Source: a virus
Taxonomy: Duplodnaviria > Caudoviricetes
Virus record (IMG/VR): IMGVR_UViG_3300025875_000010
Coordinates: 1-64,000 of that record
Length of the DNA: 64,000 bases
Strand: one strand, 5' to 3'
Positions 18,418 through 28,084 of this stretch are shown in pieces. The notes beneath the pieces are model-generated. The model was not told the origin of the DNA, did no database searches, and saw only the letters and a program-made list of their open reading frames with translations. The translations under genes and the position numbers were made by a program. Numbering within the stretch: position 1 is the first letter of the stretch; the number at the start of each line of letters is the position of its first letter.

Positions 18418-18551
18418 AATCCAGTATCGCTCTCTTTCTTAATCATTGGTCTTTTACCACACATGATGCAAAAGAGCTCATAATGCCCTAGCTCACTGAA
18501 AACAGTATCTAAGAACACCCGGCCTTTGCACTTATTGCAAATTAACATCAT
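18384..18551 (-). CDS. Small zinc-ribbon protein (55 aa; not in ORF track)
   Basis: MMLICNKCKGRVFLD...LFCIMCGKR; ATGA overlap with the holin-like stop. Confidence 0.75.
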   Translation of the reverse strand: MMLICNKCKGRVFLDTVFSELGHYELFCIMCGKRPMIKKESDTGLWLTRLLGSKT

Positions 18552-18799
18552 TTAACCTTTACTTCCTTCTTAACGTTAGGGAACTTATAAACACCGGCAG
18601 TGGCTAGTGCTGACGTTAGAATCAGCAACCACTCATCCGTTGTTATTCCGTTCGTGTACACAGCGAACGCTGTGGTGACAGCCGTGCCAAGCGCAGACAG
18701 AATTGTCTTCCTATACCTGGCCCAATAGGGCTTGCCTAGGGTGAGGATAATTCTTAACTTACTTACCTCCACCACTTCCGCTGCCCTATGTCTGCCCAT
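18548..18799 (-). CDS. Probable holin (2 TM, basic C-terminus)
   Basis: RYRKTILSALGTAVTTAFAVYTNGITTDEWLLILTSALATAGVYKFPN. Confidence 0.65.
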   Translation of the reverse strand: MGRHRAAEVVEVSKLRIILTLGKPYWARYRKTILSALGTAVTTAFAVYTNGITTDEWLLILTSALATAGVYKFPNVKKEVKVK

Positions 18800-18805
18800 G
18801 ATTAA

Positions 18806-18814
18806 AGTATAACA
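18806..18814 (-). promoter_or_regulatory. Extended -10 promoter, leaderless
   Basis: TGT-TATACT-N6-ATG(18799); no clear -35. Confidence 0.6.
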
Positions 18815-18816
18815 TA

Positions 18817-19725
18817 TCAGGTGCTAAACTTCTTCCCGTCAACTATACATGTTAACCCCTCATCGGTTTCTCTAACAGGGATAAACTGTAAGAAAGCCTT
18901 ATTGTCAACAACATGAGCAATTCCAAAGCCCTTCTCCCAAGAAGGGTTGATGGTATATCTTAAACCATATTTGTTAGGGTCACAAAGATGACCCGTTCCC
19001 ATGCCAACTAAAGACATTTCCTTTCTCATGGGATAGGACTTATACACAACCCCGCCCCTGTGATCATGACCTCTGACCAAAGAAATGCCATAATTCTCAA
19101 TGTCTGACTTTACGGCGAGACCAGTAGTAGTTGTAGTTGCCCCGTGATGAACATGAATGCCTGCAAATCTTTCAAAAGGTGGAAACTCATAACTCTGCCA
19201 GGTGATGCCAAGGTCATCTAAAGACCATAACATATTCGGAGTGACATACTCCTTGCTCTCTGGCGATTTCTTATCCACGTACTTAAAAACTCTTATGTCG
19301 TGGTTACCCAAAGAATTATGAATATCTGCCTTTGGATGGTCTGCTCTCAGGTCTTGGTAGAATCTCCTTGCACCTTCGGCATTCTTCTTAATAAACGGCA
19401 GGGGATCAACCGGCTCTAAATCAACCGGCGCGGCATCGTTCTGCTTAATACTAGCTTCTATCAGCTTAGTATTAATCTTTTGGTTAGCCACCAGACGATT
19501 GAAGAACTCATCTGTCGTTCCATCGCTAAAGGTTGAGTATTCCAACTGATCATCTATATCTCCAACGATATCAATTGCATCCGGCTTCCAAGCCTTCATT
19601 ACCTTGAAAAACAATTCTACTGCTCGATTATCGTGGTATGGAATTTGTAAATCTCCGACAAATCCCCACTTAAACATTTCTGACACTCTTTGCCCTTCTG
19701 AAAGTATCTCTAGCCGCCAAATCAT
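18817..19725 (-). CDS. Calcineurin-like metallophosphoesterase (true start probably near 19686)
   Basis: GDLQIP, GDIDD, GNHD, HVHHG and GHDH motifs. Confidence 0.85.
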   Translation of the reverse strand: MIWRLEILSEGQRVSEMFKWGFVGDLQIPYHDNRAVELFFKVMKAWKPDAIDIVGDIDDQLEYSTFSDGTTDEFFNRLVANQKINTKLIEASIKQNDAAPVDLEPVDPLPFIKKNAEGARRFYQDLRADHPKADIHNSLGNHDIRVFKYVDKKSPESKEYVTPNMLWSLDDLGITWQSYEFPPFERFAGIHVHHGATTTTTGLAVKSDIENYGISLVRGHDHRGGVVYKSYPMRKEMSLVGMGTGHLCDPNKYGLRYTINPSWEKGFGIAHVVDNKAFLQFIPVRETDEGLTCIVDGKKFST

Positions 19726-19769
19726 CGTTCGTCATATATTGCCTTTCTTTAGGGGTAGATCAATGACAG

Positions 19770-19793
19770 GACCCCAGGCCGTAACCTGGGGTC
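19770..19793 (-). terminator. GC-rich hairpin, possible terminator
   Basis: GACCCCAGG-N6-CCTGGGGTC, a perfect 9-bp stem at the HNH stop; weak U-tract. Confidence 0.5.
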
Positions 19794-20089
19794 TAAACTG
19801 CCTCCACTCTATCACACTCTTGATCGTCTAGCAACTTGTCGCCCCTATCCATGTTGCAGCGCCAATGGGAAGCCTTCACATTTTCATAGACGTGAAGGCC
19901 GCCCCGGCTGATTGGAATAACGTGGTCTAATGTGGCGCGCATCCAAGCGTCACCACGAAGCTTTCGGTCGATCAGTGTATCACACAGGTGGCACATCCAT
20001 TCATCACGCTCAAAAACGGTCAGGTGACAAATATCGTCACCTTGAGCCATGACCGCACGACGTTTTGCGGAATAGTACCTTTTGCGCAT
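19793..20089 (-). CDS. HNH endonuclease
   Basis: CHLC...TLDHVIPISRGG.H...N...SHWRCN..RG. Confidence 0.88.
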   Translation of the reverse strand: MRKRYYSAKRRAVMAQGDDICHLTVFERDEWMCHLCDTLIDRKLRGDAWMRATLDHVIPISRGGLHVYENVKASHWRCNMDRGDKLLDDQECDRVEAV

Positions 20090-20132
20090 GCTACATTACG
20101 GCCCTCATGGTCCTATAATTATACCATAAAGT

Positions 20133-20561
20133 TTAATAACCTACTGCAATCCAAGAAACAATTCCCCAAGCTTCGATGCGCGGAGCGACCGTTTCGTGAT
20201 CGGTTACGTGAGCCCAGAATCCGCGATGATCAATCTCTCCACCAAATCCTCTAACAGTTACCAACTTCCTCAGCTTCCATCCTAGCGTTTCAACAGTTGC
20301 CGTAACAATTGGCCTGCATCCTGGGGTGAAGAAATTTTTGAACTGCACGTTAACATCAATATAATCTGTGTTAGTCCAAAGATATGCCGTCTTACCCGCG
20401 AGGATTCTCAAGCTAGAGTCCTTTGTAATGATTCTGTCATCAACTCTAATCCTTGGGCTGTTCTCATACAGCCATTGAATGTTGTTACTGGTCTGCTGTA
20501 GCTTATCAAGTTTTAACAATCCATCAGTGAACGACACCGGCCTATATGCTGTTACTGCCAT
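20133..20561 (-). CDS. Minor tail protein
   Basis: End of the tail operon; beta-rich C-terminus ending WIAVG. Confidence 0.6.
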   Translation of the reverse strand: MAVTAYRPVSFTDGLLKLDKLQQTSNNIQWLYENSPRIRVDDRIITKDSSLRILAGKTAYLWTNTDYIDVNVQFKNFFTPGCRPIVTATVETLGWKLRKLVTVRGFGGEIDHRGFWAHVTDHETVAPRIEAWGIVSWIAVGY

Positions 20562-20713
20562 CAGTCATCTTCCTCCTTAATGTCTTGGTCTACGGCCTCT
20601 TCGGGCTGAGAAGCGACAAGCTGAACCTTAAGCAAAGCGATTTGCTTGGCCTGCTCACCAATCTCATGCATGAGAGTGTCTATTACTTTGTTAATATCAA
20701 TATTGTTATCCAT
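20561..20713 (-). CDS. Small coiled-coil protein (50 aa; not in ORF track)
   Basis: AAGGAG RBS; MDNNIDINKVIDTLMHEIGEQAKQIALLKVQL...; TGATG coupling; TGG-TATGAT -10 at 20736-20744. Confidence 0.7.
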   Translation of the reverse strand: MDNNIDINKVIDTLMHEIGEQAKQIALLKVQLVASQPEEAVDQDIKEEDD

Positions 20714-20748
20714 AATTCTCCTTTAAGTTTCTTTTATCATACCACATG

Positions 20749-23250
20749 TTACTTCTCCAGCTCGGCAATTCGCTGCTCTAAAGTCTGAATGCTACCGACC
20801 AGGGCAGCTATAACTGCTATTACATCTACACCTGATGGCCCTTCTACCTTTGGATCGGGATTACCACGAACTACTTCCAGTGGCATTTCGTCAGTAACGA
20901 ATCCGATCTGATGCATCGGTGGGACTCCTGCGTTCTTAGCCTCACCCTTATGTCCCTTACGATAGAACTCTCGGGTTCTCATTTTTTTAACTACTTCTAG
21001 TGCATCGAATGATATGTCCTGAATATCTTCCTTGGTGGAACGGTCGGAGCTTCCAATGAATCCAGTTCCCCATACTGGAATGTTTCCGGTGTCCTGAACA
21101 TTACGGAACTCCATTCTCTCACCACCGGCGTCGGACGCCAAGTAATAATACTTCATGATTCCACCGAAGCCGTTACGGTTTTGTAGTACAAGCTTGACGG
21201 AAGAACCAGGGATTCCTGACTCTAGGATTCTCATTGATGAACCGTCACCGGGAACTGTGGTTCTAGCGCGGATTACAGTTTCTGCACGGTGGACTTCAAT
21301 CTGTCCTCTATTCTCAGAGTTGTTTGGACCGGCCGGGCCGTAAATGTAAGTATTGTCGTTGGCAATAGCAAATCTGGTGTCACCGACGTTACCAATATCG
21401 TCACCATCATAAAGCTTAAGTCCACCGTCGTTACTCAGCCAAATGCGAAGTCTGTTTCCGTTATCGTAGAATCGAGTTCCATTTGCTTCGTCAACGATCA
21501 TACGAGCATCAAGCTGTGGCGGCGTGGTCACGGTTCCTCTATCAGTGGCGTGATCAATTCGGAAGGTACCATTAGTTACATCGCCACCATAGGTAAAACG
21601 AATATCTTTCGATACGGTGAAAATGGCATCGTTACTCTGAATCTGAATAGAGTTCCATGCTCCATACCAACTATTGTTCAGAGGTACGTTCATAGACAAC
21701 GACTCAACACCGGCCTGTGGCAGTGATGCAGTGTAACCTTGAACGCGAGCCAAAGCCCCGGCTGGACTAAAGAATGAAATAACACCCTGGATTCCACCAG
21801 ACATAATCTCTACTCTTCGGCCGGTTACGTTAGTTCTAAAGCTTCCTCGCAGAGTGGCGCTACCGAACTCTACCGTTCCATCACCATTAATCGTCCAACC
21901 GGCTGTGTTTGGAATGTAATTGTATGATCTGATTACTGCCTTTGCATTATCTGCAACTTGACTTGAGGTTGAGCTTCCTACGACCAACTGACCTATAACG
22001 CTTGCCTCGTTAAAAACCGCACGACCAGTTAGGTTAACTGACCATAAAGGCTGAGCAATACCATTATAGTTTGCCATCACGCTTGACTTTAGTTCACCGG
22101 TCGTAATGGTTGCTGCATTGACGCTGGCTATATTTGCCGCATCAATCACGGCAGTTCCAATGTTTGCCTTGCTGGTTATCAACAAATTAGTGCCTACGGC
22201 ATCAGAAGTTACAGTGTTTGCAATCAGCTTCCTACCTGAGATTACTCCAATGGAAGTGTCTTCCACCCAAGTGCCGGTTGCACTGCGTCGATAGGTTTTA
22301 CCCGAATTGGTAGCTGGTGGTGAAGCTGTATTAAAGAAAACATCACCTGGCTTGTAGGCTGTTCCATCGGGAGCAGCCTGCGTTGTCGGCAGAGTCGTTC
22401 CATAGAATGCATTAGCTCCACCCAGCTCTCGGGCGGTGAAGTTCATCTGATTTGCACTTAGCTTGGCATTTGGATCAATTTCCAGCCCGCTCAAGCGCGT
22501 GGGTGTTCCGCTGGCCTGTCCCGATGGTGGGGACTTCTTGCCCTTGCGGTTAACGCTGACCAGTCTAAAGTAATACACCGTGTCGTAGGACAAGGCAGAC
22601 ACAATTGTGCCCTGCTTGCCGTACGGCTCAAATCTACCCACAATGGTTGAATCACTTGGGGTAAACCCACTTAGGGTGAAGGCATGTATTTCTACGTACT
22701 GCAAGTTAAATGGATTAATCGTACCGGCGCTGGTCTGTCCATCCCATTCCACGGTGATCTTACCCATTGTACTATCAACAATTGGTGCCGTTGGAGTTGG
22801 TGGTGTCTCTTCCGTTGCGGTCTTGGTCACACCTGGGCTCTTGTTGCCACTAAGGTCACGAGCCTTAATCGTAATCTCTACAGTCAGCTCAATGCCATCG
22901 AAAGCCTGAGCGTTCATAACTAGAGTAAAGTCAAAGGTAGTATTGATAGTATTGTAAGTTTGGCTCTTGCCATTAGCTCTAACTATTATCTCATAGTCCT
23001 TAAGGTCTCTCAAAGACTTCCGGTTTCCAAAGGCATCTGGGCCGTCAAGCGTTGGAGCAATCCATGTGGCAATAAAAGACTCACCCGTTGCGATCCACGT
23101 AAGACCTTCAACATCACCAGGTGGTGTTACATCACCGGCCGTCTTTAGCTTATAGACGGGGGACCACTGCGACACGTTCATTCCATCATTGGTACGAAAC
23201 TGTAATAGATAGTCCTGACCTGGGCGCAGGTCTCTTGCTAGAACTCTCAA
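20749..23250 (-). CDS. Central tail fibre/spike with Fn3 domains and C-terminal peptidase S74 chaperone
   Basis: Two Fn3-like units (PGDVEGL..W; PTPTAP..W...YYFRLVSVN); C-terminal GSSDRSTKEDIQD.....LEVVKKM and terminal coiled coil. Confidence 0.8.
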   Translation of the reverse strand: MRVLARDLRPGQDYLLQFRTNDGMNVSQWSPVYKLKTAGDVTPPGDVEGLTWIATGESFIATWIAPTLDGPDAFGNRKSLRDLKDYEIIVRANGKSQTYNTINTTFDFTLVMNAQAFDGIELTVEITIKARDLSGNKSPGVTKTATEETPPTPTAPIVDSTMGKITVEWDGQTSAGTINPFNLQYVEIHAFTLSGFTPSDSTIVGRFEPYGKQGTIVSALSYDTVYYFRLVSVNRKGKKSPPSGQASGTPTRLSGLEIDPNAKLSANQMNFTARELGGANAFYGTTLPTTQAAPDGTAYKPGDVFFNTASPPATNSGKTYRRSATGTWVEDTSIGVISGRKLIANTVTSDAVGTNLLITSKANIGTAVIDAANIASVNAATITTGELKSSVMANYNGIAQPLWSVNLTGRAVFNEASVIGQLVVGSSTSSQVADNAKAVIRSYNYIPNTAGWTINGDGTVEFGSATLRGSFRTNVTGRRVEIMSGGIQGVISFFSPAGALARVQGYTASLPQAGVESLSMNVPLNNSWYGAWNSIQIQSNDAIFTVSKDIRFTYGGDVTNGTFRIDHATDRGTVTTPPQLDARMIVDEANGTRFYDNGNRLRIWLSNDGGLKLYDGDDIGNVGDTRFAIANDNTYIYGPAGPNNSENRGQIEVHRAETVIRARTTVPGDGSSMRILESGIPGSSVKLVLQNRNGFGGIMKYYYLASDAGGERMEFRNVQDTGNIPVWGTGFIGSSDRSTKEDIQDISFDALEVVKKMRTREFYRKGHKGEAKNAGVPPMHQIGFVTDEMPLEVVRGNPDPKVEGPSGVDVIAVIAALVGSIQTLEQRIAELEK

Positions 23251-24065
23251 GAAATGTTCACCGCCAGGGCATATTCAATATCATTATCAATCGTCTGGTT
23301 GACTAAGTATGGAATGGCTAGCACCGACCTGGCAACAAGAATATTACCCTCATTGATTGAGTTCTGTTCTACTCTAATGCCATCGAAGAATAGGTTTCCT
23401 CCACCGGCCGCTGTGGCTGACGGGCGAACTGCAACGTATCTGATTTCATCCCATCTTGGACTACCAACCATTGTACCAGATGACAAAGACAGGCGAGCCA
23501 CATTATAAGAGTTGGCCGTTGATGCTGGCAACACAAATTCATAATAGTTGCTGGTGTCCAATCCAATTCTTACCCTGACACTTGAAATGTTGACGGTAAC
23601 ATGATATCCAATTACTATGCTGTCTGATCCTGTGTACATTGAAAGATTTTCATTGACACCGACGACTTCTGCATTTGTAGTTCCATTTGCTGAGTAACTA
23701 ATTTGCATGGTGTTCTGGTTTGCTCGTCCATTGGCGTTGGAAATTGTAGCATTAGTCCAGACACTGGTTGTTCCAAGAAGTCCTAGAGTCTTTCCACTAA
23801 TCTGTCCGACTGGATATGCCCATAGACCAACTTCATAGATGGTCTTAATACCGGCCGGTGGCAGCACGGCCCTGAACACAATTCTGTCGTTGTCAGGCTC
23901 AACACCAACTGATGTTATGTTGATTCTTTCTACTTCGTATTGCATTCTACTGTCGTTGATTGTCTCTGGCTGTGAACCGGCACCTACCGACAGGGAGGAG
24001 GCAATTCTTCCCTCGTCACCTGAGTAGAATCGCTTAATAATTTTTTTTCCGTTTGCGGTTATCAT
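23247..24065 (-). CDS. Minor tail/baseplate protein
   Basis: MITANGK...VGAG...MQYEVER...EVGLW, typical of tail tip proteins. Confidence 0.65.
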   Translation of the reverse strand: MITANGKKIIKRFYSGDEGRIASSLSVGAGSQPETINDSRMQYEVERINITSVGVEPDNDRIVFRAVLPPAGIKTIYEVGLWAYPVGQISGKTLGLLGTTSVWTNATISNANGRANQNTMQISYSANGTTNAEVVGVNENLSMYTGSDSIVIGYHVTVNISSVRVRIGLDTSNYYEFVLPASTANSYNVARLSLSSGTMVGSPRWDEIRYVAVRPSATAAGGGNLFFDGIRVEQNSINEGNILVARSVLAIPYLVNQTIDNDIEYALAVNIS

Positions 24066-24370
24066 GCTGGGCTCACATTAATATCTATCGTAGTGTTGTT
24101 GATATCGGAAAACTCAAAGAGCACATCGACCACACTGCTTCCGTCAGGTGCCGTTCTAATGGTCTGAGACACCACGGTAAAATTAGTTGGAGCGTTGGGG
24201 ATGGTGTCGTTGGGGCTGGAAAGAACCGGGCCATCTTGCGGCTGAACGGTAGTGATACCTTCATAACTGTCGGAAGATTCATCGGTATTCTCTTGCCTAA
24301 CGTCAATAACTCCTGGAGGCACGCCAAACAGAGGGCTTAGCTGAATATCTCTTCTGTTAGTTTTAGCCAT
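24062..24370 (-). CDS. Minor tail protein
   Basis: Within the tail operon; has its own leaderless promoter. Confidence 0.6.
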   Translation of the reverse strand: MAKTNRRDIQLSPLFGVPPGVIDVRQENTDESSDSYEGITTVQPQDGPVLSSPNDTIPNAPTNFTVVSQTIRTAPDGSSVVDVLFEFSDINNTTIDINVSPA

Positions 24371-24376
24371 GACTTT

Positions 24377-24421
24377 ATCCTAACACCCCTTCATCCTAAA
24401 TGCAAATTCTTAGACGACTAA
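24377..24421 (-). promoter_or_regulatory. Leaderless promoter with upstream 20-bp shared element
   Basis: TTGCAT-N17-TAGGAT-N6-ATG(24370); plus-strand gcaaattcttagacgactaa at 24402-24421. Confidence 0.75.
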
Positions 24422-24424
24422 TAA

Positions 24425-27400
24425 TTACTTCGACCTGCGAAGAATTAGATTAGTGTCCAAACCATCATTGAAATCATTCTTAATAGAGACGATGTAATAT
24501 TTATGAGTGGCTGGATATAATCCCTTGGCTGGATAGTTCATAGTAACTAAATCCCCCAACTGAACTAAGGGGTTACCAAATACCTGAACCGATACTTCAT
24601 CTGCTCCAAGGCTCCACAGCCCCACAACCCAATCTCCCAGTTCGTTTGCCATTTTTTCTGTTTGAACAAACTTATTATCAATATCAAGGGCAACCTTACC
24701 CTTTGCTCGGATTGACTGATCATCTTTCTTGATGATGACGTTTTCTTCCTCCTGGAACAGCTTGCGTCCATAGATGAACATCTTTTGATCAATCTTGTTA
24801 TCAATTCCGAAAGTAATGGAATCCTCACCCTTGATCACTGCGTCGCGCCTGGATGCATTGACCAAGGTGAACTTAGCACCAAAGGCATTGGCCGTATAAT
24901 CCGTACAGAATACCTGGGTGTTTGAAATGTATGGGAATGAGTGAGCCACAGGAACGTCATCCTCATTGAACTCAACATCGAATTCTCTAACCTCATGAAC
25001 TACCGGCCCGAACTCGTCGTAATAGTAGAACGCACGATTTCCAAAATGAGTTATCCTGCGCCCTCCCTCGCGCAAGGCTGCGACACCGGTCTGCATGTAT
25101 GGAGCCCAGCGCCATTCCCTTTCAATAAATCCGCTGGACAATCCCCCATTGGTTAGATCAAAGAATGAAGAAGCGTCTGGTGTTAGGCTTCCAGCATCAA
25201 ATAAAGAATACAGATAATCCACGTCAACGACACATGATCCTCTAGCGTAAACTCCGAAATTGCCCTGCTCAAACCATCCTCGTCTGACCTTAGGAATGTT
25301 CCATGCATTCATAAACATTCCATCGAGGTAGACCATAATGTTGGCAGAACCGTCGAAGTTATGTATGTGCTTGACCTCTAGGTCATACCACTTATCATAA
25401 ACAATGTTTGCTGCAACTCCAACCGCCTTTGCACCGGTCACTGCGCGGGTGAGAGGATTACTTCCCGCTCCACCCATCCACAGGTTAATCTCATTGGTCA
25501 TTCTCTTTGTTGAGTCTGCCATCTTTGTAGTCATAAACTCTAGATAATAGCCAATATCACCAAAGTCACTGGCAAACTGCAAACCACCGATAGCGAACTG
25601 GTCGGCGCGAATCTGCTTTTCAGGAAATCTGATTCTTGCTCCAATCAGTGTATTGGCCGTAGGTACGGTAGCATTAGGACGCATAACATAAATCAAATCA
25701 TCAGGCTTGTTAGGTGGAACCGATAGCTGAACAAATCCATTCTTCTGATGATGCCAGTTTGATCGACTCTCTAGGAAAGTTCCATTTACTCTGGTGACAA
25801 TGCTTGCGGTGTAAGCGTTAGGCTTTAACTTATGCTCTGCCTTTCCTGAACCGGATACTCCGCGCTCAGTGACAACTAACCGGCCGGTCCAGTTGTTAGA
25901 CCAGATCATTGCCGGATCGGAGTCGTCATCGATGGCGGTCTTTTCCTCAACACTAGTGACGATCTTGAGTTCTGTTCCGCCACCCTTCTTGTACTTTAAG
26001 TACTCTTTTCCCTTGTACTTCATAATTTCGCCGCGAATGTTCACATGGGACTCAAAGGGCCAGTGAGAAGCATCGACTGCACTGATATAAATGCTCATGC
26101 CGTTAAGCGGAATGTCTCTCAACAAAGCGGTGCCCCTTAGAACTACGCTTTCTTCCGAAGGCTCCCAAACGGTCTCCATTTCTGGAACACCCTTATTCTC
26201 CCTGAACTCCGCTGGCTTCCAATTAATTTCGACGTGATTGACTACCATGTTGTCGTCAGTCGATGACTCGATAACATCGGGAAGCTTAGCATTGTTTTGT
26301 ACCGCATCAAAGTTCCAATCAACCGTCTTATGTGTTCCAAAAATTGACTTTCTGGTCTTGATCTGCATAATATCATACTCATCAAAGTAAACCGCCGTCT
26401 GGGTTGCTTCTGACAGCTCGCTGATCTGCTCCCAGGCCGTGCCCTCATTGGCCCAGAAGTAAGGAATAATCTGTCCTGAGTCAATAACTTCCTGATTATA
26501 TGCGTAGTTAGTTAGACCTACCGTGTCCATGATTTGCCAGCAAATAGCTCCAATGGTAAGGTTTTCCCAGAATACCTTAGGCATATCGACTTCCTGTAAA
26601 AAGACAGAAGAGTCTTTTAAATTAACCGATACAGAATCCTCATCCTTGTTTCCCCAGCTATCGGCCCACATGGTGAACTCTCTGATTCTCTCATTGGGCT
26701 GACCTCCCGTGGGCGTAGCGTCGATCCTCAGGTCCATTGTGAACTTTGCCTTCTTATCGACAAGACCATAGAAGATTGATGCTTCATTGTCATCATTAAA
26801 TGCCTGATCAAAATTACTCAATGTTACTGCCGCTTGATTGGATGATGCTGCACCAACTGGTGCAATAAATGAGCGCTCTGATACCTCCATTGACTTAGAG
26901 TAGTTAATAACTATATCACTAATATCCCTTTCCAACCGGGCACCTAGTTGAATAACATCGAGATGCGCCCCGCCCTCATTCATGCTTCTTACTATTAAGC
27001 GAACCCCGTGAACCCATCCTAGTAAATTGTAAACCGGCGTGGTGCCCCAAGTTTGCGGTGAATCATTGGTAAGCCACAAGGCCACCTGACCACTCTTGGT
27101 GTTGGGCACAATGTTAGAACCAATCGTCCTCCACTGGGACTCTGTTGGATTAGCAACCTCAGTAATCTGAATGTCATATGATCTGGGGCGTGCGTAGCTG
27201 GTCTCAAATCCTACCACAACCTTATTACTGATTAGCTTCTCTTCGTACATCATAGTCAGCTTGATAGGTGTCGGGAAATTGTAATCTGCTGTGGCTACCG
27301 CTGTGGCTGATGTTCGTGAGGTTGATGCCCAATAAGTGTATGGGTCCTCGTCGCTGGCCGCATAGAATCTAGCGGCTGGGGCCTTATCTACATATCCCTG

Positions 27401-27670
27401 TAGAAGCTTAATTGTCTCCGTCAACCGGGCCTTTGCAATACCAGTTTCGGGACGGTTAGGCATTGTAATGGCGTTAGCATCAAATACAGAACTCCACTCG
27501 TTGTTAAGAGGATCATTAGCTGGCGTGACCGCAACAAGTGTTCCCTTGTCGTCCAAAGACTTGATCTTGCTGTAACGATTATGCTCGAACTCAACACGAA
27601 GCTGAGGAGTAGCACGAACTTCTGTGCCCTCCTGTATTAGTTTTCTAACCGCCAGTGTTGCTGACTTCAA
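24425..27670 (-). CDS. Tail hub / large minor tail protein with an internal ConA-like segment
   Basis: 1081 aa after Dit; C-terminal GNPLVQLGDLV hub-type motif; TTG start. Confidence 0.7.
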   Translation of the reverse strand: MKSATLAVRKLIQEGTEVRATPQLRVEFEHNRYSKIKSLDDKGTLVAVTPANDPLNNEWSSVFDANAITMPNRPETGIAKARLTETIKLLQGYVDKAPAARFYAASDEDPYTYWASTSRTSATAVATADYNFPTPIKLTMMYEEKLISNKVVVGFETSYARPRSYDIQITEVANPTESQWRTIGSNIVPNTKSGQVALWLTNDSPQTWGTTPVYNLLGWVHGVRLIVRSMNEGGAHLDVIQLGARLERDISDIVINYSKSMEVSERSFIAPVGAASSNQAAVTLSNFDQAFNDDNEASIFYGLVDKKAKFTMDLRIDATPTGGQPNERIREFTMWADSWGNKDEDSVSVNLKDSSVFLQEVDMPKVFWENLTIGAICWQIMDTVGLTNYAYNQEVIDSGQIIPYFWANEGTAWEQISELSEATQTAVYFDEYDIMQIKTRKSIFGTHKTVDWNFDAVQNNAKLPDVIESSTDDNMVVNHVEINWKPAEFRENKGVPEMETVWEPSEESVVLRGTALLRDIPLNGMSIYISAVDASHWPFESHVNIRGEIMKYKGKEYLKYKKGGGTELKIVTSVEEKTAIDDDSDPAMIWSNNWTGRLVVTERGVSGSGKAEHKLKPNAYTASIVTRVNGTFLESRSNWHHQKNGFVQLSVPPNKPDDLIYVMRPNATVPTANTLIGARIRFPEKQIRADQFAIGGLQFASDFGDIGYYLEFMTTKMADSTKRMTNEINLWMGGAGSNPLTRAVTGAKAVGVAANIVYDKWYDLEVKHIHNFDGSANIMVYLDGMFMNAWNIPKVRRGWFEQGNFGVYARGSCVVDVDYLYSLFDAGSLTPDASSFFDLTNGGLSSGFIEREWRWAPYMQTGVAALREGGRRITHFGNRAFYYYDEFGPVVHEVREFDVEFNEDDVPVAHSFPYISNTQVFCTDYTANAFGAKFTLVNASRRDAVIKGEDSITFGIDNKIDQKMFIYGRKLFQEEENVIIKKDDQSIRAKGKVALDIDNKFVQTEKMANELGDWVVGLWSLGADEVSVQVFGNPLVQLGDLVTMNYPAKGLYPATHKYYIVSIKNDFNDGLDTNLILRRSK

Positions 27671-27673
27671 AAC

Positions 27674-28084
27674 TTACACCTCTTCCATTTGAACGCTTAC
27701 GTCCCATAAATCGTACTCGCCTCTTTTAGATATTTTTTTATTGAACTCTGTGAATACAACATTAAAATTATTGATTGCTCCATCACCGTTGGTAATCTGC
27801 AATAAAAACTCACCGGCATTATCAAGATAAAACTCTTCAATATCCGAACCGCCCCAAAAGCCATCAACTGTCCAAGTTGATTTATTTGGAAGTTCTTCCC
27901 AGGACACACTAAATGTGTGCTTGTCGGCCACAACATACTTTCTCATCCGGCCGTTTGCCATGCGCTTGGAATTCTCAATTCTCTCAACGCTGACGGAAAG
28001 ATCACTACGATTATGGTCTGTTACTTTATTCCCATCCCACATCATTATTGCATTGCGGGCGAACTTCATTGGTGCTGGCGGCAT
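27674..28084 (-). CDS. Distal tail (Dit)-like protein
   Basis: Immediately after the tape measure; RMANGRMRKYVVADK..FSVSW. Confidence 0.65.
   Translation of the reverse strand: MPPAPMKFARNAIMMWDGNKVTDHNRSDLSVSVERIENSKRMANGRMRKYVVADKHTFSVSWEELPNKSTWTVDGFWGGSDIEEFYLDNAGEFLLQITNGDGAINNFNVVFTEFNKKISKRGEYDLWDVSVQMEEV

Noticed and set aside
20091-20108. Mini-ORF MRAVM ahead of the HNH at 19793
   Set aside because: Too short to support. It may be a remnant of a lost N-terminus, but that cannot be shown from the sequence.
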